A stretch of 64,000 nucleotides of DNA from Amphiscolops sp. MND2022 (lineage: Eukaryota): contig OZ076409.1 of assembly GCA_964187785.1 (NCBI GenBank), positions 90,460,001 to 90,524,000 of the forward strand, read 5' to 3'. Of this stretch, positions 45,701-55,992 are shown piece by piece. The position numbers and the translations under genes are program-made. Every line of letters starts with the position of its first letter. The first letter of the stretch is position 1. The notes below the pieces were generated by a model that was given only the letters and a program-made list of their open reading frames with translations, was not told the DNA's origin and did not search any database.

Positions 45701-46085
45701 ACCAATTTAGCTATTTTCATCCGGGAGCCGAAAGATATACAGGACCAGTTTTTTGGTTTCTCGTTCCTTTTTTATCGTTGGAGTTTTAGGTTGTTCATTT
45801 CAAAATGATTTTTAGAGTTTCATTTCTTACACAAGAGCCACTAGGTTGGCGAAAACCGGATGGCCTTAGTTTCTCGCGTATTTCGTTTTTTTTTAATGTT
45901 CGTTAGTGGTTCAGAAATTATTTAATCGGGTGTACCGTAAATATACCATAGCAATTTTGACTGCTGATAATTTATTACAAGTGTTTTGCCGTAATTCACT
46001 TTTATCATTGTTTGGTGTAAATCAATTCACCATTTTACTTTTTCAGATTCAAGAGAAATACAAACAATCAACTGACAAATTTTGA
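33800..46085 (+). CDS. XRRA1: X-ray radiation resistance-associated protein 1-like LRR protein (~13 exons; first 33800-33899, last 46047-46085)
   Basis: N-terminus MENTAGLKLLEEG...TKIFPAKG..G|GAWY, then THLDGFYL. LRRs LQILDLSYNNL, LEVLHLDSNEF and PFPELRILSIAHNK, then GWPMLQEINLIGNP and ALKYALKHPL. Internal exon boundaries are partly approximate. Confidence 0.8.
34521..35170 (+). mobile_element. Helentron/HINE-like non-autonomous element (complete ends)
   Basis: 5' TTTTTAGTCGGCGC...GCCCGACT forms a local inverted repeat. Internal AAAGGGTCCCC repeats. 3' GCGCCGACT plus a GCCG-TTCT-CGGC stem-loop and TTGTT. Confidence 0.75.
35281..37700 (-). mobile_element. Second HINE-like family element (subTIR AGGAGTCGG) hosting the CRE-like insertion
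   Basis: The minus strand begins TTTTTAGGAGTCGG..TTTCGACTACT and ends CCGACTCCT, palindrome CCGCATATGCGG, then GGTT. Its internal repeat (GAATCGTATG.ACAGTTTTTGAGAAA-like) lies on both sides of the retroelement. Confidence 0.55.
35535..37532 (-). mobile_element. 5'-truncated non-LTR retrotransposon with restriction-like endonuclease (CRE-like clade); ORF ~37530-35819 with a frameshift near 36740
   Basis: RT motifs GTTQGDPLAMAMY, WYADD and FSLPLKNGGLNI. CCHC knuckle CACGE..SHALHC, RHNEIRD, and RLE motifs ARLDI...FFDVKI...HEASKKRKY..FSPLVFATTGG. Confidence 0.88.
38747..39064. mobile_element. hAT-like MITE (8-bp TSD CTTCTGAC)
   Basis: Ends CAGAGTTCTGACA / TGTCAAAACTGTG. TSD at 38739-38746 and 39065-39072. 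Confidence 0.8.
40291..40806. mobile_element. hAT-like MITE (8-bp TSD CATTCAAT)
   Basis: TIR CAGGGTTGG / CCAACCCTG. TSD at 40283-40290 and 40807-40814. Confidence 0.85.
41299..41588. mobile_element. hAT-like MITE (8-bp TSD GTTATAAC), same family as 38747-39064 in opposite orientation
   Basis: Ends CAGAGTTTTGACA / TGTCAGAAGTCTG. TSD at 41291-41298 and 41589-41596. Confidence 0.8.
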
Positions 46086-46479
46086 ACTGGCTAGCTGCAA
46101 GCATTACGGATTTCGATTATTTTCTCAAATTAGAATTGATATGATGTGATAAATGTGAATAGTTCTATTGTATATATATGTACAAATTTTCCAGAAGGCT
46201 GACTTAAATCAAATTTAGTTTACCAAATAATTTTTTTCATAGGCCACGTTGTTCATGAATTACATTATCTTACGGCCATCTTACGCGATGAGCACAATGA
46301 CTCAATTTTAGCCGAAATCAAATTTAGTTTTTCAACAACTTCCAGGACTTTTATGTAAACGAAGGCCTTTTCAGCTAGAAAGTGCAATTCACCAATCACT
46401 GTAGATAACCAGTGAACAAAAAGCGTAGTGACACTGCGTTATTTTTCGTATCCCGAAGCCAGAAGCAACTAAGTATGGG

Positions 46480-46724
46480 AGTAGTATACGAATTCCCGAT
46501 TCGGACCAGTCAAATATATTTTTTAAAAAAATGTTGATTATTTTTTTAAAAATTACGAATACCAAACGAATCGGGAATTCGGACCAGTCAAATATTTTTA
46601 AAAAAAATGTAGATTATTTTTTAAAAAAACAATCAACGTTTTTTTCACAACTAACTGTTAAAAAATAACCAAGGCAAACCATCTAAAAATCAGCCTTTTT
46701 TCGCAACTGAAAAATTAACAAAAT
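46480..46724 (+). repeat. Polinton left TIR
   Basis: Reverse complement of ~60150-60396; differences are mostly in homopolymer lengths and the inner ~35 bp. Confidence 0.95.
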
Positions 46725-47501
46725 AAAAATCAATGAACAAATTTTTCCAGTGGAAAACTTTGTCATGAAGCAAAAATTCACTAACCTCCATTATGGTAAT
46801 AGAGAAAATTTGTGAAGCAAAAATTTTTTGGAATGAATTACAGCAACGCTGGCTTAAAAGTGTAACATGTGCAATTCAATTCATTTTTTGCAGTGAAGTG
46901 TGCAATGCAGACAAATTGACATTTCACACTCGAGAAACATGAAAGAAACATCAAAGCAAATTTGCCAGAATTCGTGCCAGCCTGGCAAAAATATTTTTGC
47001 TGGCAAAAATTTTGGCAAAAAATTTTTTCAGTGACAAACTTTTTGGCAAAAACTTTTATCGCTGACAATTTTTTAGCTCCTTTTTGCAACCATGAAGTTG
47101 TTCTAGTTCTTGTGAATTATACCTAATCTTAATACATGGGAAAACATTATTTACTCAATATCTCAACGGGAAATAATTTTAGACAAAATTCACAGAAACA
47201 AAAGTTGTAGATATTCAAAAGTTACACACATTTTATCACTGAACGTTTTCTCTAAAATCAACCCACTAATTACCACCTATCAAAACAGGTGTAAAAATTG
47301 GGTTTTTCTCAATTTTCTCGAAACTGGTTTATCGCAGCGCAATGATCCAGGAGAACAAAGTTATAGACAATAACAAGACACACATTTTACAAGTAGAAAA
47401 TTTTATTGAACCCACAAAATAAAAATATTTTTTCACCAATTTTTTGAAAAATTATTATTGAAAAATTTTTAATCAAACTATTTTTTCTTTAATAAATAGA
47501 A

Positions 47502-50500
47502 ATGGAGAATTGTAGTATTTGTAATTTAATTTATAAAAAAGTTTTCAAGTCTGATCATTTAAAATCAGTAAAACATCTTGAAAAATTAGATCAATATTAT
47601 TGTAAAAAATGTAATTTATATATGCCTATCTCAGATAAAATTTCTCATTTAAGTTCAGATGAACATAAAAATAAAACCGAACAACGACGTGTTTGGTGTG
47701 AAGATTGTAGTAAATATATATCTGATACAACAAGACATTTCCAAAGTGAAATTCATTTACAAAACCGTCAACGGGAAAACATGCAAAATTTCGGTAATGG
47801 AGTAGAAATAATTATGAATGAAAATACATACATTAAATTGAAAGTAAATCCTACTGAAAATCTTGAACATAACAAATGACTTACTTAGTAAAAATTTTTT
47901 CCCCGATATAAATATCAATTGAGTTATCTAGCTAAATTTTCAAAAATAATCAATGGAGAAAAAGAAGTATTTAAAAGATGGATAAAATCAGATCTAACAT
48001 ATAATCACCCACAACAGGATACTCATAACACATTAATACAGAAATTAGATGATGAACAATTAGAAGGATCAGGTTTTGTGTTTCAAGAAATAGAAGAAGT
48101 TATTTTAGAAATATATAAAGTTAATGATATTCAAGCTTCATCATATATTGAATTACCAGGAAAATATAAGGATAATAAATCAATCATAAATATAAAGAAT
48201 AATGATCAATATTGTTTTTTATGGTGTATTTTAGCCCAGTTATATCCAGTTGAGAATCATAAAGGTAGAATATCAAAATATATCATTCATTTAAATAAAC
48301 TCAACCTGAAAGGATTAGAGTTCCCTATGAAAGTTAAAGATATTCCCAAGTTCGAAAACCTAAATAATTTAAATATAAATGTATTTGAACTCACTGGAAA
48401 TGTTTTAACACCAATCCACGTTAATAAAAATTACTTACAACCACAAATAGATTTATTATTATATCAAAATCACTATTGTCTAATAACAAGGTTGCATTGT
48501 CTAATAAATAAAGATTCACATATGAAACATGTATGTAGAAGATGTTTAACAGCATTTAGTTCACAACCAGTTCTTATTGATCATATGGAAAGATGTATAA
48601 ATCAACAACCAACTAATATCACATTCAGTTGGAAGGATCAGTTAAAGTTCGAAGATTATCATATGAAAGTTCCTGTACCAATAAGAGTATATGCAGATTT
48701 TGAATGTATCAATCAACCTCAAAATACCCCCAACGTGTTATTCAAACAAATTCCAATTGCAGTAGGATATTATGTAATTTCACCATTCGGAAATTATTAC
48801 TATTCATACTTTGGAATAGATTGTACCACGTGGTTTGTAAATAGAATGTTAACTTTAGAAAAAATTGCAAATAACTATTTTAAAACAAACTTAGAATTAG
48901 AAATAACTCCTCAAGAAGAAGAATCATTTCAACTTGCAGAAGAGTGTTTGCTTTGTGAAAATCCACTCGATGATACTAAGGTTAGAGATCATGATCATCT
49001 AACAGGAAAATACAGAGGAGCAGCTCATAATATATGTAACATAAATTGTAAACAAAAGTCATCAAGTTTTGTTCCTATATTTTTCCATAACTTTTCTGGG
49101 TATGATTGTCATTTTATTTTTGAAGAACTCTTAACCGAAGCATACAATCAAAATTATAATCCAACGATAATTCCAAAATCACTGGAAAATTATGTTAGTG
49201 TACAAGTAGGTTGTTTGAGATTCTTAGATTCATACCGATTTCTTTCTTCCAGTTTAGATAAATTAGTTAAGAGTTTAGACAATTTTCCTATCATGAAATT
49301 GGAAGGAATGAGTGATGATTTATTTAAAAAGAAATTAGCTTATCCATATGAATACTTAAATCTTGATAACTTTCAGGAACCATTAAATCTAACCAAAGAT
49401 GATTATTGGTCAACATTAACACAATCTTATCCATCAGATGATGATATAAAAAGAACCCAAGAATTAATTGATAAAAATAAAATTAAAAATGGAAGAGAAT
49501 TAACTATGTTATATTTAAAAATGGATGTTCTTCAACTAACTGATGTATTCGAAAACTGTGGAAAGTTCTACACGAGAATATAAAATTAATCCTTTGTATA
49601 GTTACTCTCTACCTGGTTATACATGGAAAGCAGGATTGAAGTTGACTAATATAAAGTTAGACTTTATAAAAGATACAGCGAAGCTGCCCTCCGGTAAAGA
49701 ATTATTACTACTACTTGAAAATAATATCCGTGGAGGAATTTCAAGTGTAATGGGAGATCGTCACGTGCAATCTGATGAAAATAAACAAATCTTATATATC
49801 GATGCAAATAATCTATATGGATGGGCAATGAGTCAATATCTTCCTACTGGCGAATTCGAAATATTACCTCTTAATCGGTGTAATTACACAGATAATTACA
49901 ATCTAAAACAATCAGTAGAAGATTTATTACAAATACCTGATGATATTGAATATGGATTCTTTATAGAATGTGATTTACTTTATCCAGCTGAAATTAAAGA
50001 AAAAACAAAAAACTTTCCTTTTTGTCCGTATCAAACAAAAGCAGATCCAAACTTATTCTCAGGTTATATGAATAATATAAATCAACCTAATTACAAATCA
50101 ACATCAAAACTTATGTGTGATGTAACCAATAAATCGAAATATATGATACATTATAGGATGTTTAAGTTTTATCTTAACCAAGGGATGAAAGTAACGAAGA
50201 TACATACTATCTATAAGTTTAAACAAAGTCCATGGTTAGGTAAATATATCGATCATAATACTCAGAAACGCACAGTAGCGAAAACAAACTTTGAAAAGGA
50301 TCTTTATAAATTAATGAATAATGCTTTCTTTGGGAAGACTATGGTAAATGTAAGAGATAGAACCAATCTAGAATTCATTGATCATTCTCAAATAGATCAA
50401 ATAATAAAAAGACAATCCAAGTTAAGTTTCAAAGGAATCATGGATCATTATTCTAAGTTTAGTGTGTACAAGTTTGATAAAGAAAAAACAGTCTTTGATA

Positions 50501-50838
50501 AACCAATTTATTTAGGTTTTACAGTACTAGAACTGAGCAAGTTGTTAATGTATGAATTTTATTATAACAAATTACAACAATATTGGAAACAATCCATACA
50601 ACTACACTACATGGACACTGATAGTTTTCTTCTGAGTTTTGATACAAACCACCGAGAACTAATAAACTTTTTACAAGAAAACAAAGATGAATTTGATTTC
50701 AGTGAATTAGATAAATCTAATGAATTATATAATCCTATTAACAAGAAAGTTATAGGAAAAATGAAAATTGAAACAAGTCCAGATTTGGTGTTAGATACCT
50801 TCACAGCATTGCGATCAAAGTCATATTCTTTTGGTTAC

Positions 50839-50869
<31 letters not shown>

Positions 50870-51279
50870 TTCAAAAAGCGAAACAAAAAGGAATACAAAA
50901 TGCTCCCAAATGTGAACACTACAAAAATTCATTGTTTAATTCAGAAACATCAAGTTCTACAAATATATCAATTAGATCTAATTTACACAACCTTACAGTT
51001 GAAAAACAAAACAAACTAGCTTTGAATCCTTTTGACGATAAACGCTTGTATATAAATCCAATACAAAGTTTACCATGGGATAAACACACACAAAAAGGTG
51101 ATTGCCCTTGTATATATTGTTTGAAATTAATTGGTTTGTATTATAAAGATTTAACTATAAATGATAACAATACCAAGAAAACAGATGAAGAAATTTATTT
51201 CAATGTTTGGTATTGGAAACAAGCACTCACCCATCAACAACTTGTGAAGTTGATAAGTGATCGAGCACATGTTTTATAA
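47502..51279 (+). pseudogene. Protein-primed family B DNA polymerase (pPolB) with N-terminal Zn fingers and endonuclease VII-like insert; two frameshifts (~47875, ~49557)
   Basis: Three C2H2-like fingers and GSGFVF. ExoI YADFE, RDHDHLTGKYRGAAHNICN (Endo VII-like), ExoII FHNFSGYD. Pol motifs YIDANNLYGWAM, KLMNNAFFGKT and YMDTDS. Split across three consecutive ORFs. Confidence 0.93.
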
Positions 51280-51404
51280 AAATAAATATATCATTTTATA
51301 AATTTATTTATAATTATTATCATTTTATAAAAATAAATATATTATTTTATAAATTTATTTATCATATCAGCAAAGCTGTGTTATTATATTTAAATTATAT
51401 TTAT

Positions 51405-52634
51405 TTATAATAAATCAAAATGCCTTTGTCCATCACTACTGATACTTATCAGCTTGGGTGTTAGGACTAGGGCATAAGCTATATAATCTGCTACATCAAT
51501 GGCAGCACTAAGTTTAAATTCTAATCTAATAGGTTGAGAAGCAATATTATCTTTTTGTTTGGATAAATCAAATACATAAAAATTATAATTTGTCCTGAAT
51601 TTATGCAAATCAATAAACGGATTGAGTAGATTAGTTTCACTTTTTAACAAATAGAAGTTTTCGATTTCACTGTATGCTTGATCATATTTATCTCTATCAT
51701 AATCACATTCTATTCCATCATCGGGATATTTCTCTGATCCTATTTTACAAACTGCATTTGAAACAGGTAAACGATCGAATATTGCATTATCATGTGTTTG
51801 TGAATCAATTTTATTTCTAGCTTGAAATCCAACAATTACAAAAGTTGGTGTTGATTCTCCACTATTACCTAATTCAAACGTCCAATTGTTATTCGTGTTA
51901 ACATCTTTTCTAAATACAATCCGTTCCATGTAATATAATTCAGTTGGGTCTTTGTCTAATATTTGATCCATCACGAGTTGCTGGTTTTCCATTGATGGTA
52001 TGTAGTGTGGAATGTACCAGGAGATGTCTTTTATATTTATTTTTGCAGCATCCACACCATTGTCCCTGATGATAGGATCATTATTATTATTTCGTTTTAA
52101 AGTAAGAGTATAACCCAATCCATAAGTTATTTTTTCTTGATCAGCAAATCCAAATATATCACTCAACCTAATTCTAACAAAAAAGGTTCCTTTTTCTGTT
52201 TTGTTTGTTGTTAGTTCTTGTCTTCTAGTTGCTTGTGATTCTTCAAATCCGTACATCAAATGACTTGTTTGTTGATTAGATGTTAAAAGTTTATACATCA
52301 ATGAAATTGGGTGTAGATTATCAACTTTTTCTAAATGTTTACCTGAACTAGTAGTTAACTTAGCTTCACTAAATAAAGCAACGGGTCCAAAATTAACTAA
52401 ACTTATTTGATCACCATCTGCATATCTTGTATCATCATTTTTAAGAACTTCAAATTCTAATGAGATATATGAGTTTTGTAAACAAATATATGCATCTTCT
52501 CTTGGGAAGATGATGGAAATATTTGAATCATTATTGTTGATTGTAGCTAAACTACTAGGTGAGTATTTAATAAAATCAATTTTATGAATAGGTTTATCCA
52601 TAGCATATTTATTTTTCAATGAAAATATTTCCAT
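51405..52634 (-). CDS. Major capsid protein (double jelly-roll, probable)
   Basis: Intact 409-aa beta-rich ORF with Polinton MCP-like segments (SYISLEFEV, ALFSEAKL, PTFVIVGFQ, IGSEKYP, FYVFDLSKQ, IRLEFKL). Confidence 0.8.
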   Translation of the reverse strand: MEIFSLKNKYAMDKPIHKIDFIKYSPSSLATINNNDSNISIIFPREDAYICLQNSYISLEFEVLKNDDTRYADGDQISLVNFGPVALFSEAKLTTSSGKHLEKVDNLHPISLMYKLLTSNQQTSHLMYGFEESQATRRQELTTNKTEKGTFFVRIRLSDIFGFADQEKITYGLGYTLTLKRNNNNDPIIRDNGVDAAKINIKDISWYIPHYIPSMENQQLVMDQILDKDPTELYYMERIVFRKDVNTNNNWTFELGNSGESTPTFVIVGFQARNKIDSQTHDNAIFDRLPVSNAVCKIGSEKYPDDGIECDYDRDKYDQAYSEIENFYLLKSETNLLNPFIDLHKFRTNYNFYVFDLSKQKDNIASQPIRLEFKLSAAIDVADYIAYALVLTPKLISISSDGQRHFDLL

Positions 52635-52695
52635 TTAAATAGGAATAAAAATTAGGATTTAAATTTTATACTGATTTTATTTTTACTTAAAATAT

Positions 52696-53217
52696 TTATC
52701 CTAAAAAAGTAAACTCAGAATTTAGTTTAGTTTTATTTGTTTTATATAGATCGTAAGTTTGTTTTAATTTGTTGTATTCACTCAGATCAATTTTATTGTC
52801 TTCTAAACATTTCGAATGTAGTTTTTGGTAGTCGTGTAGTGTTCTACCAGCAAGAGTATATTTTTTAATATTGTGTTGTTCTTTTCTTTTCAGGTACTCA
52901 CCAAGAAGTTTACTGATTATACATAAACCTGCACCTATACCACTTGCTATAGGTACAACAACAAGTCCAACTCCTGTGACACTCAACGTGACACATGTTG
53001 ATGATACTGCTAGTACTGAAACTCCATCAATAGATTGAATTAAACAATTTATAAGCTTGTATTGTTTACTTTTCTTTTTATATTTTTTAGCTTCATGATT
53101 ATAAAAATTTTGAATATCTTTTATATTTTGAATTGAATTATTGAAACTATTTATTTCTTTCAATCGCATATCAAGATTATCTGATTCACGTAAACAAGGA
53201 TACAATTTTTCACTCAT
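52696..53217 (-). CDS. Polinton membrane protein (hydrophobic hairpin; N-terminal LYPxL)
   Basis: 173 aa with a hydrophobic Gly-rich stretch, VSVLAVSSTCVTLSVTGVGLVVVPIASGIGAGLCIISKLLG. Confidence 0.7.
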   Translation of the reverse strand: MSEKLYPCLRESDNLDMRLKEINSFNNSIQNIKDIQNFYNHEAKKYKKKSKQYKLINCLIQSIDGVSVLAVSSTCVTLSVTGVGLVVVPIASGIGAGLCIISKLLGEYLKRKEQHNIKKYTLAGRTLHDYQKLHSKCLEDNKIDLSEYNKLKQTYDLYKTNKTKLNSEFTFLG

Positions 53218-53241
53218 TTAATTTTAAATAAAAACTTAATT

Positions 53242-53952
53242 TTAGTTTTCAAAAAGTTTGAAATTTATCTCAGTATCGGTTAGTTTCATTCTATATTTAA
53301 GGTCAACTATATCTTTGTATTCATCTTTCTTTAAGCACTTCACGATATCTTCTCGCGTTGAATAGTCTAAATCAGATAAATAATACACACCATCTGATGT
53401 CTTTATTTCTGTTCCGTATTTTTCCAACAAGTATTCATCACTAAAATATAAGTACTCATTAAAGATTTGGTCTTTATTTTCAAATGAGTCAAACAATCCT
53501 TTGTTGTATAGTAATTGAATAGTATCTTTGACTGTTTGATTTTTACATTTGTCCAATTCTGAAATAAGGTTTCTCTCAAAATGATTACGTAAAATGGTTT
53601 GTTGTTCTTCCACTAACTTGGCAGCATCCAAAATTATTTCTTTTTTCTTTTCTAAAAATTTATTTTTAATATCTTGTTCTAAATACTTTAAATTTATTTT
53701 TATATCTTCTATACTCTTGTTAATGTCTAAGAATAACTTTGCATTGACTACGATTTGTGTTTCACCGTTGTCAAATATAATTTCTTGTAGGTTACCGAAG
53801 GTGTTTTGCATATCAAAATTTTCTAAAGTATTAGACAAATCATTAAGTTTCAAGTTAATTAATTTGGTTTGTGATTCCAATTCTTTTTCTAAATTCTCAA
53901 TCTTATCTTTTTGTAGACTCTCGGCACTATAACCAAATTTATGAATTGACAT
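53242..53952 (-). CDS. Polinton hypothetical coiled-coil protein (MSIHKFG N-terminus)
   Basis: Intact 236-aa ORF with heptad-rich composition, co-oriented with MCP and integrase. Confidence 0.65.
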   Translation of the reverse strand: MSIHKFGYSAESLQKDKIENLEKELESQTKLINLKLNDLSNTLENFDMQNTFGNLQEIIFDNGETQIVVNAKLFLDINKSIEDIKINLKYLEQDIKNKFLEKKKEIILDAAKLVEEQQTILRNHFERNLISELDKCKNQTVKDTIQLLYNKGLFDSFENKDQIFNEYLYFSDEYLLEKYGTEIKTSDGVYYLSDLDYSTREDIVKCLKKDEYKDIVDLKYRMKLTDTEINFKLFEN

Positions 53953-53969
53953 TATTTATTTAAATATAA

Positions 53970-54827
53970 TTACTCATATTGGTGGAAAATATTCATACTT
54001 TCTAACGTTCTGTTGTTAGATTTAAAATTGGATACACTTCTTAAAAGTTCTTGTTCATAATATTTTCCTTCTATTTGTTCGTTGTTTTCATCTACTAAAC
54101 CATACGTAACTGGGTTAGTTGGATTAATTTTGTGTATTTTGAAAAGTTCTCTATTCCAATTTGTTGTATAACCTTTTGAATAAATGTTCCTTTTGTCAGG
54201 AACTCTTACATAGTCTCCCACTTGAAATTTGGGTATTTTTTCATTTTTATTAATTTTAATATTGATAATTTTATTAGTATTGGTAACCATTTCAAATGGT
54301 GTCATTTTTGTTGTTCCATGAACACGATTATTATACTTATTCAAAGCATTATTAATGTGATTCAACCAACAAGCTTTACCTTCAATATACATGGGTTCTT
54401 TTATAAGATCTAATAGGGCTCTATTGAAGCGTTCAACAAAAACAGCTTTTAAATCTGAATTAGTTGAATAAATTTGAATTTCATTTTGTTTAAGAAAATC
54501 CAAAAATATTTTATTATAAAACTCTTTACCTCTATCTGACCAAATTTTATCAGGTTTTCTTTTACTAGTTTCTATAAGATTTTTTAATGCAGTTGTTGTA
54601 CTTTTTCCTGATTTATCTTTGAGAGGAATCGCCCATGCATATTTGGTATGATTGTCAATTATTGTAAAAATAAACTTGTAGTTCTTATTATATTTTGATA
54701 AGCTAGACCTGTCTATCAAATCAATACTCCAACACTCATCTCTATAATGGGGAATTATTTGAATTCTTTGAAACTTCTTGATTACAGGAGAGAATATTTC
54801 TTTAGCAATATCTTTCTTTTCATTCAT
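53970..54827 (-). CDS. Retroviral-like (rve) DDE integrase
   Basis: WSIDLID, IWSDRGKEF and VERFNR (D,D,E intact). YNNRVH and C-terminal KFQVGDYVRV..KGYTTNW are typical of Polinton integrases. Confidence 0.95.
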   Translation of the reverse strand: MNEKKDIAKEIFSPVIKKFQRIQIIPHYRDECWSIDLIDRSSLSKYNKNYKFIFTIIDNHTKYAWAIPLKDKSGKSTTTALKNLIETSKRKPDKIWSDRGKEFYNKIFLDFLKQNEIQIYSTNSDLKAVFVERFNRALLDLIKEPMYIEGKACWLNHINNALNKYNNRVHGTTKMTPFEMVTNTNKIINIKINKNEKIPKFQVGDYVRVPDKRNIYSKGYTTNWNRELFKIHKINPTNPVTYGLVDENNEQIEGKYYEQELLRSVSNFKSNNRTLESMNIFHQYE

Positions 54828-54841
54828 TTATTTCTTAATAA

Positions 54842-55822
54842 ATGAATAAAAAATTTTATATAGGTTTATTATGTGTAATTTTTATTATAGTTTTATATAT
54901 TTATTGGTATTATATTAGACCTAGACATTACGAAAAATTATACCAAAAACTAAAACAATTCAAGGGATTTAAAAAATCTCATTTAACTAACAAAGAAGAA
55001 GAACAAGAACTTACTCCACCAAACACAAATACAAATTGCCATATGTTAATTTATGGTACTAGTGGATCAGGTAAGACTAGTTTCCTTAAGTATTATTTAG
55101 ATCAAACTAAAACAAATTTTATAGTATTCGGTAGAGATGAAAATGAGTTTAAAGATAATTATATACCTTTGTTACAGTTAGAAAAAATAGAAATTGAATC
55201 ACTTGCGAATAGAACGATAATTTTAGACGATGCAGGAGCATTCAAACAACTCAGAACTAAAGTAGAAGACTTATTTCGGTTGGGTAGACACAATAATATA
55301 CAAGTTATATACCTTGCTCACTATGCAAAGGATGTTCTCCCAATAGTGAGAGAGAATTGTTTTAAATTATATATCACAATAAATAATCCAGATAGTTTCT
55401 TTGAAACCATAATACAAACTTATTCAATTAAAGAATTAAGGTGGAAACAATATCGTAGTCAGTTAGAATTTGGTGTAATTGAATTTGATACTAGATCACA
55501 AAAGTATAAAATACTCAATCAAAAGTACCAACTAATCTACGATACAACTAAACATAAATGGAGTCCTGAAGATTATGTAAAATATGAAAGTTATTTCTTT
55601 ACAGGTGAAGAATATAATAAACTTAAAATATTCCTAGAAGATATGTCAGATCAAACAATTGAAATAACACCTTTTAATGTAGCTTATTATTATGTATATT
55701 ATTGTAAACAAAATAAAATAAAAGCGAATGAATCTAAAATAGACAACTACGTTGAACGCATGCAACAACCATTAATTTCAGATCAACTTAAAGAGGAATT
55801 TAAGAAAATTATAATTGATTAA
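54842..55822 (+). CDS. A32/FtsK-like ATPase 1 with N-terminal transmembrane anchor
   Basis: Hydrophobic FYIGLLCVIFIIVLYIYWYY, Walker A GTSGSGKT, Walker B IILDD, and FRLGRHNNIQVIYLAH..LPIVREN. Confidence 0.85.
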   Translation: MNKKFYIGLLCVIFIIVLYIYWYYIRPRHYEKLYQKLKQFKGFKKSHLTNKEEEQELTPPNTNTNCHMLIYGTSGSGKTSFLKYYLDQTKTNFIVFGRDENEFKDNYIPLLQLEKIEIESLANRTIILDDAGAFKQLRTKVEDLFRLGRHNNIQVIYLAHYAKDVLPIVRENCFKLYITINNPDSFFETIIQTYSIKELRWKQYRSQLEFGVIEFDTRSQKYKILNQKYQLIYDTTKHKWSPEDYVKYESYFFTGEEYNKLKIFLEDMSDQTIEITPFNVAYYYVYYCKQNKIKANESKIDNYVERMQQPLISDQLKEEFKKIIID

Positions 55823-55866
55823 GCAATCAGGTTTAGTAAAAGTAATTTAAAAATGGGTCTGATTTC

Positions 55867-55988
55867 TTAGTAAAAAATCACTAAGCAAATTCACTAAGAG
55901 CATATATTTTTCACTAAGCAAATAAGGTTACACTTAAAACATCATGCTCTTAGTGAATTTGCTTAGTGATTTAGTGATTTTTTACTAA
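55867..55988. repeat. Long inverted repeat/hairpin built of TCACTAA units between the two ATPase genes
   Basis: 29-bp perfect arm AAATCACTAAGCAAATTCACTAAGAGCAT / ATGCTCTTAGTGAATTTGCTTAGTGATTT, extended outward past a bulge, with a 40-nt loop. Confidence 0.9.
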
Positions 55989-55992
55989 ATAA

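Noticed and set aside
50838..50870. (AAT)n run encoding poly-Asn in pPolB
   Set aside because: Ordinary in-frame microsatellite slippage.
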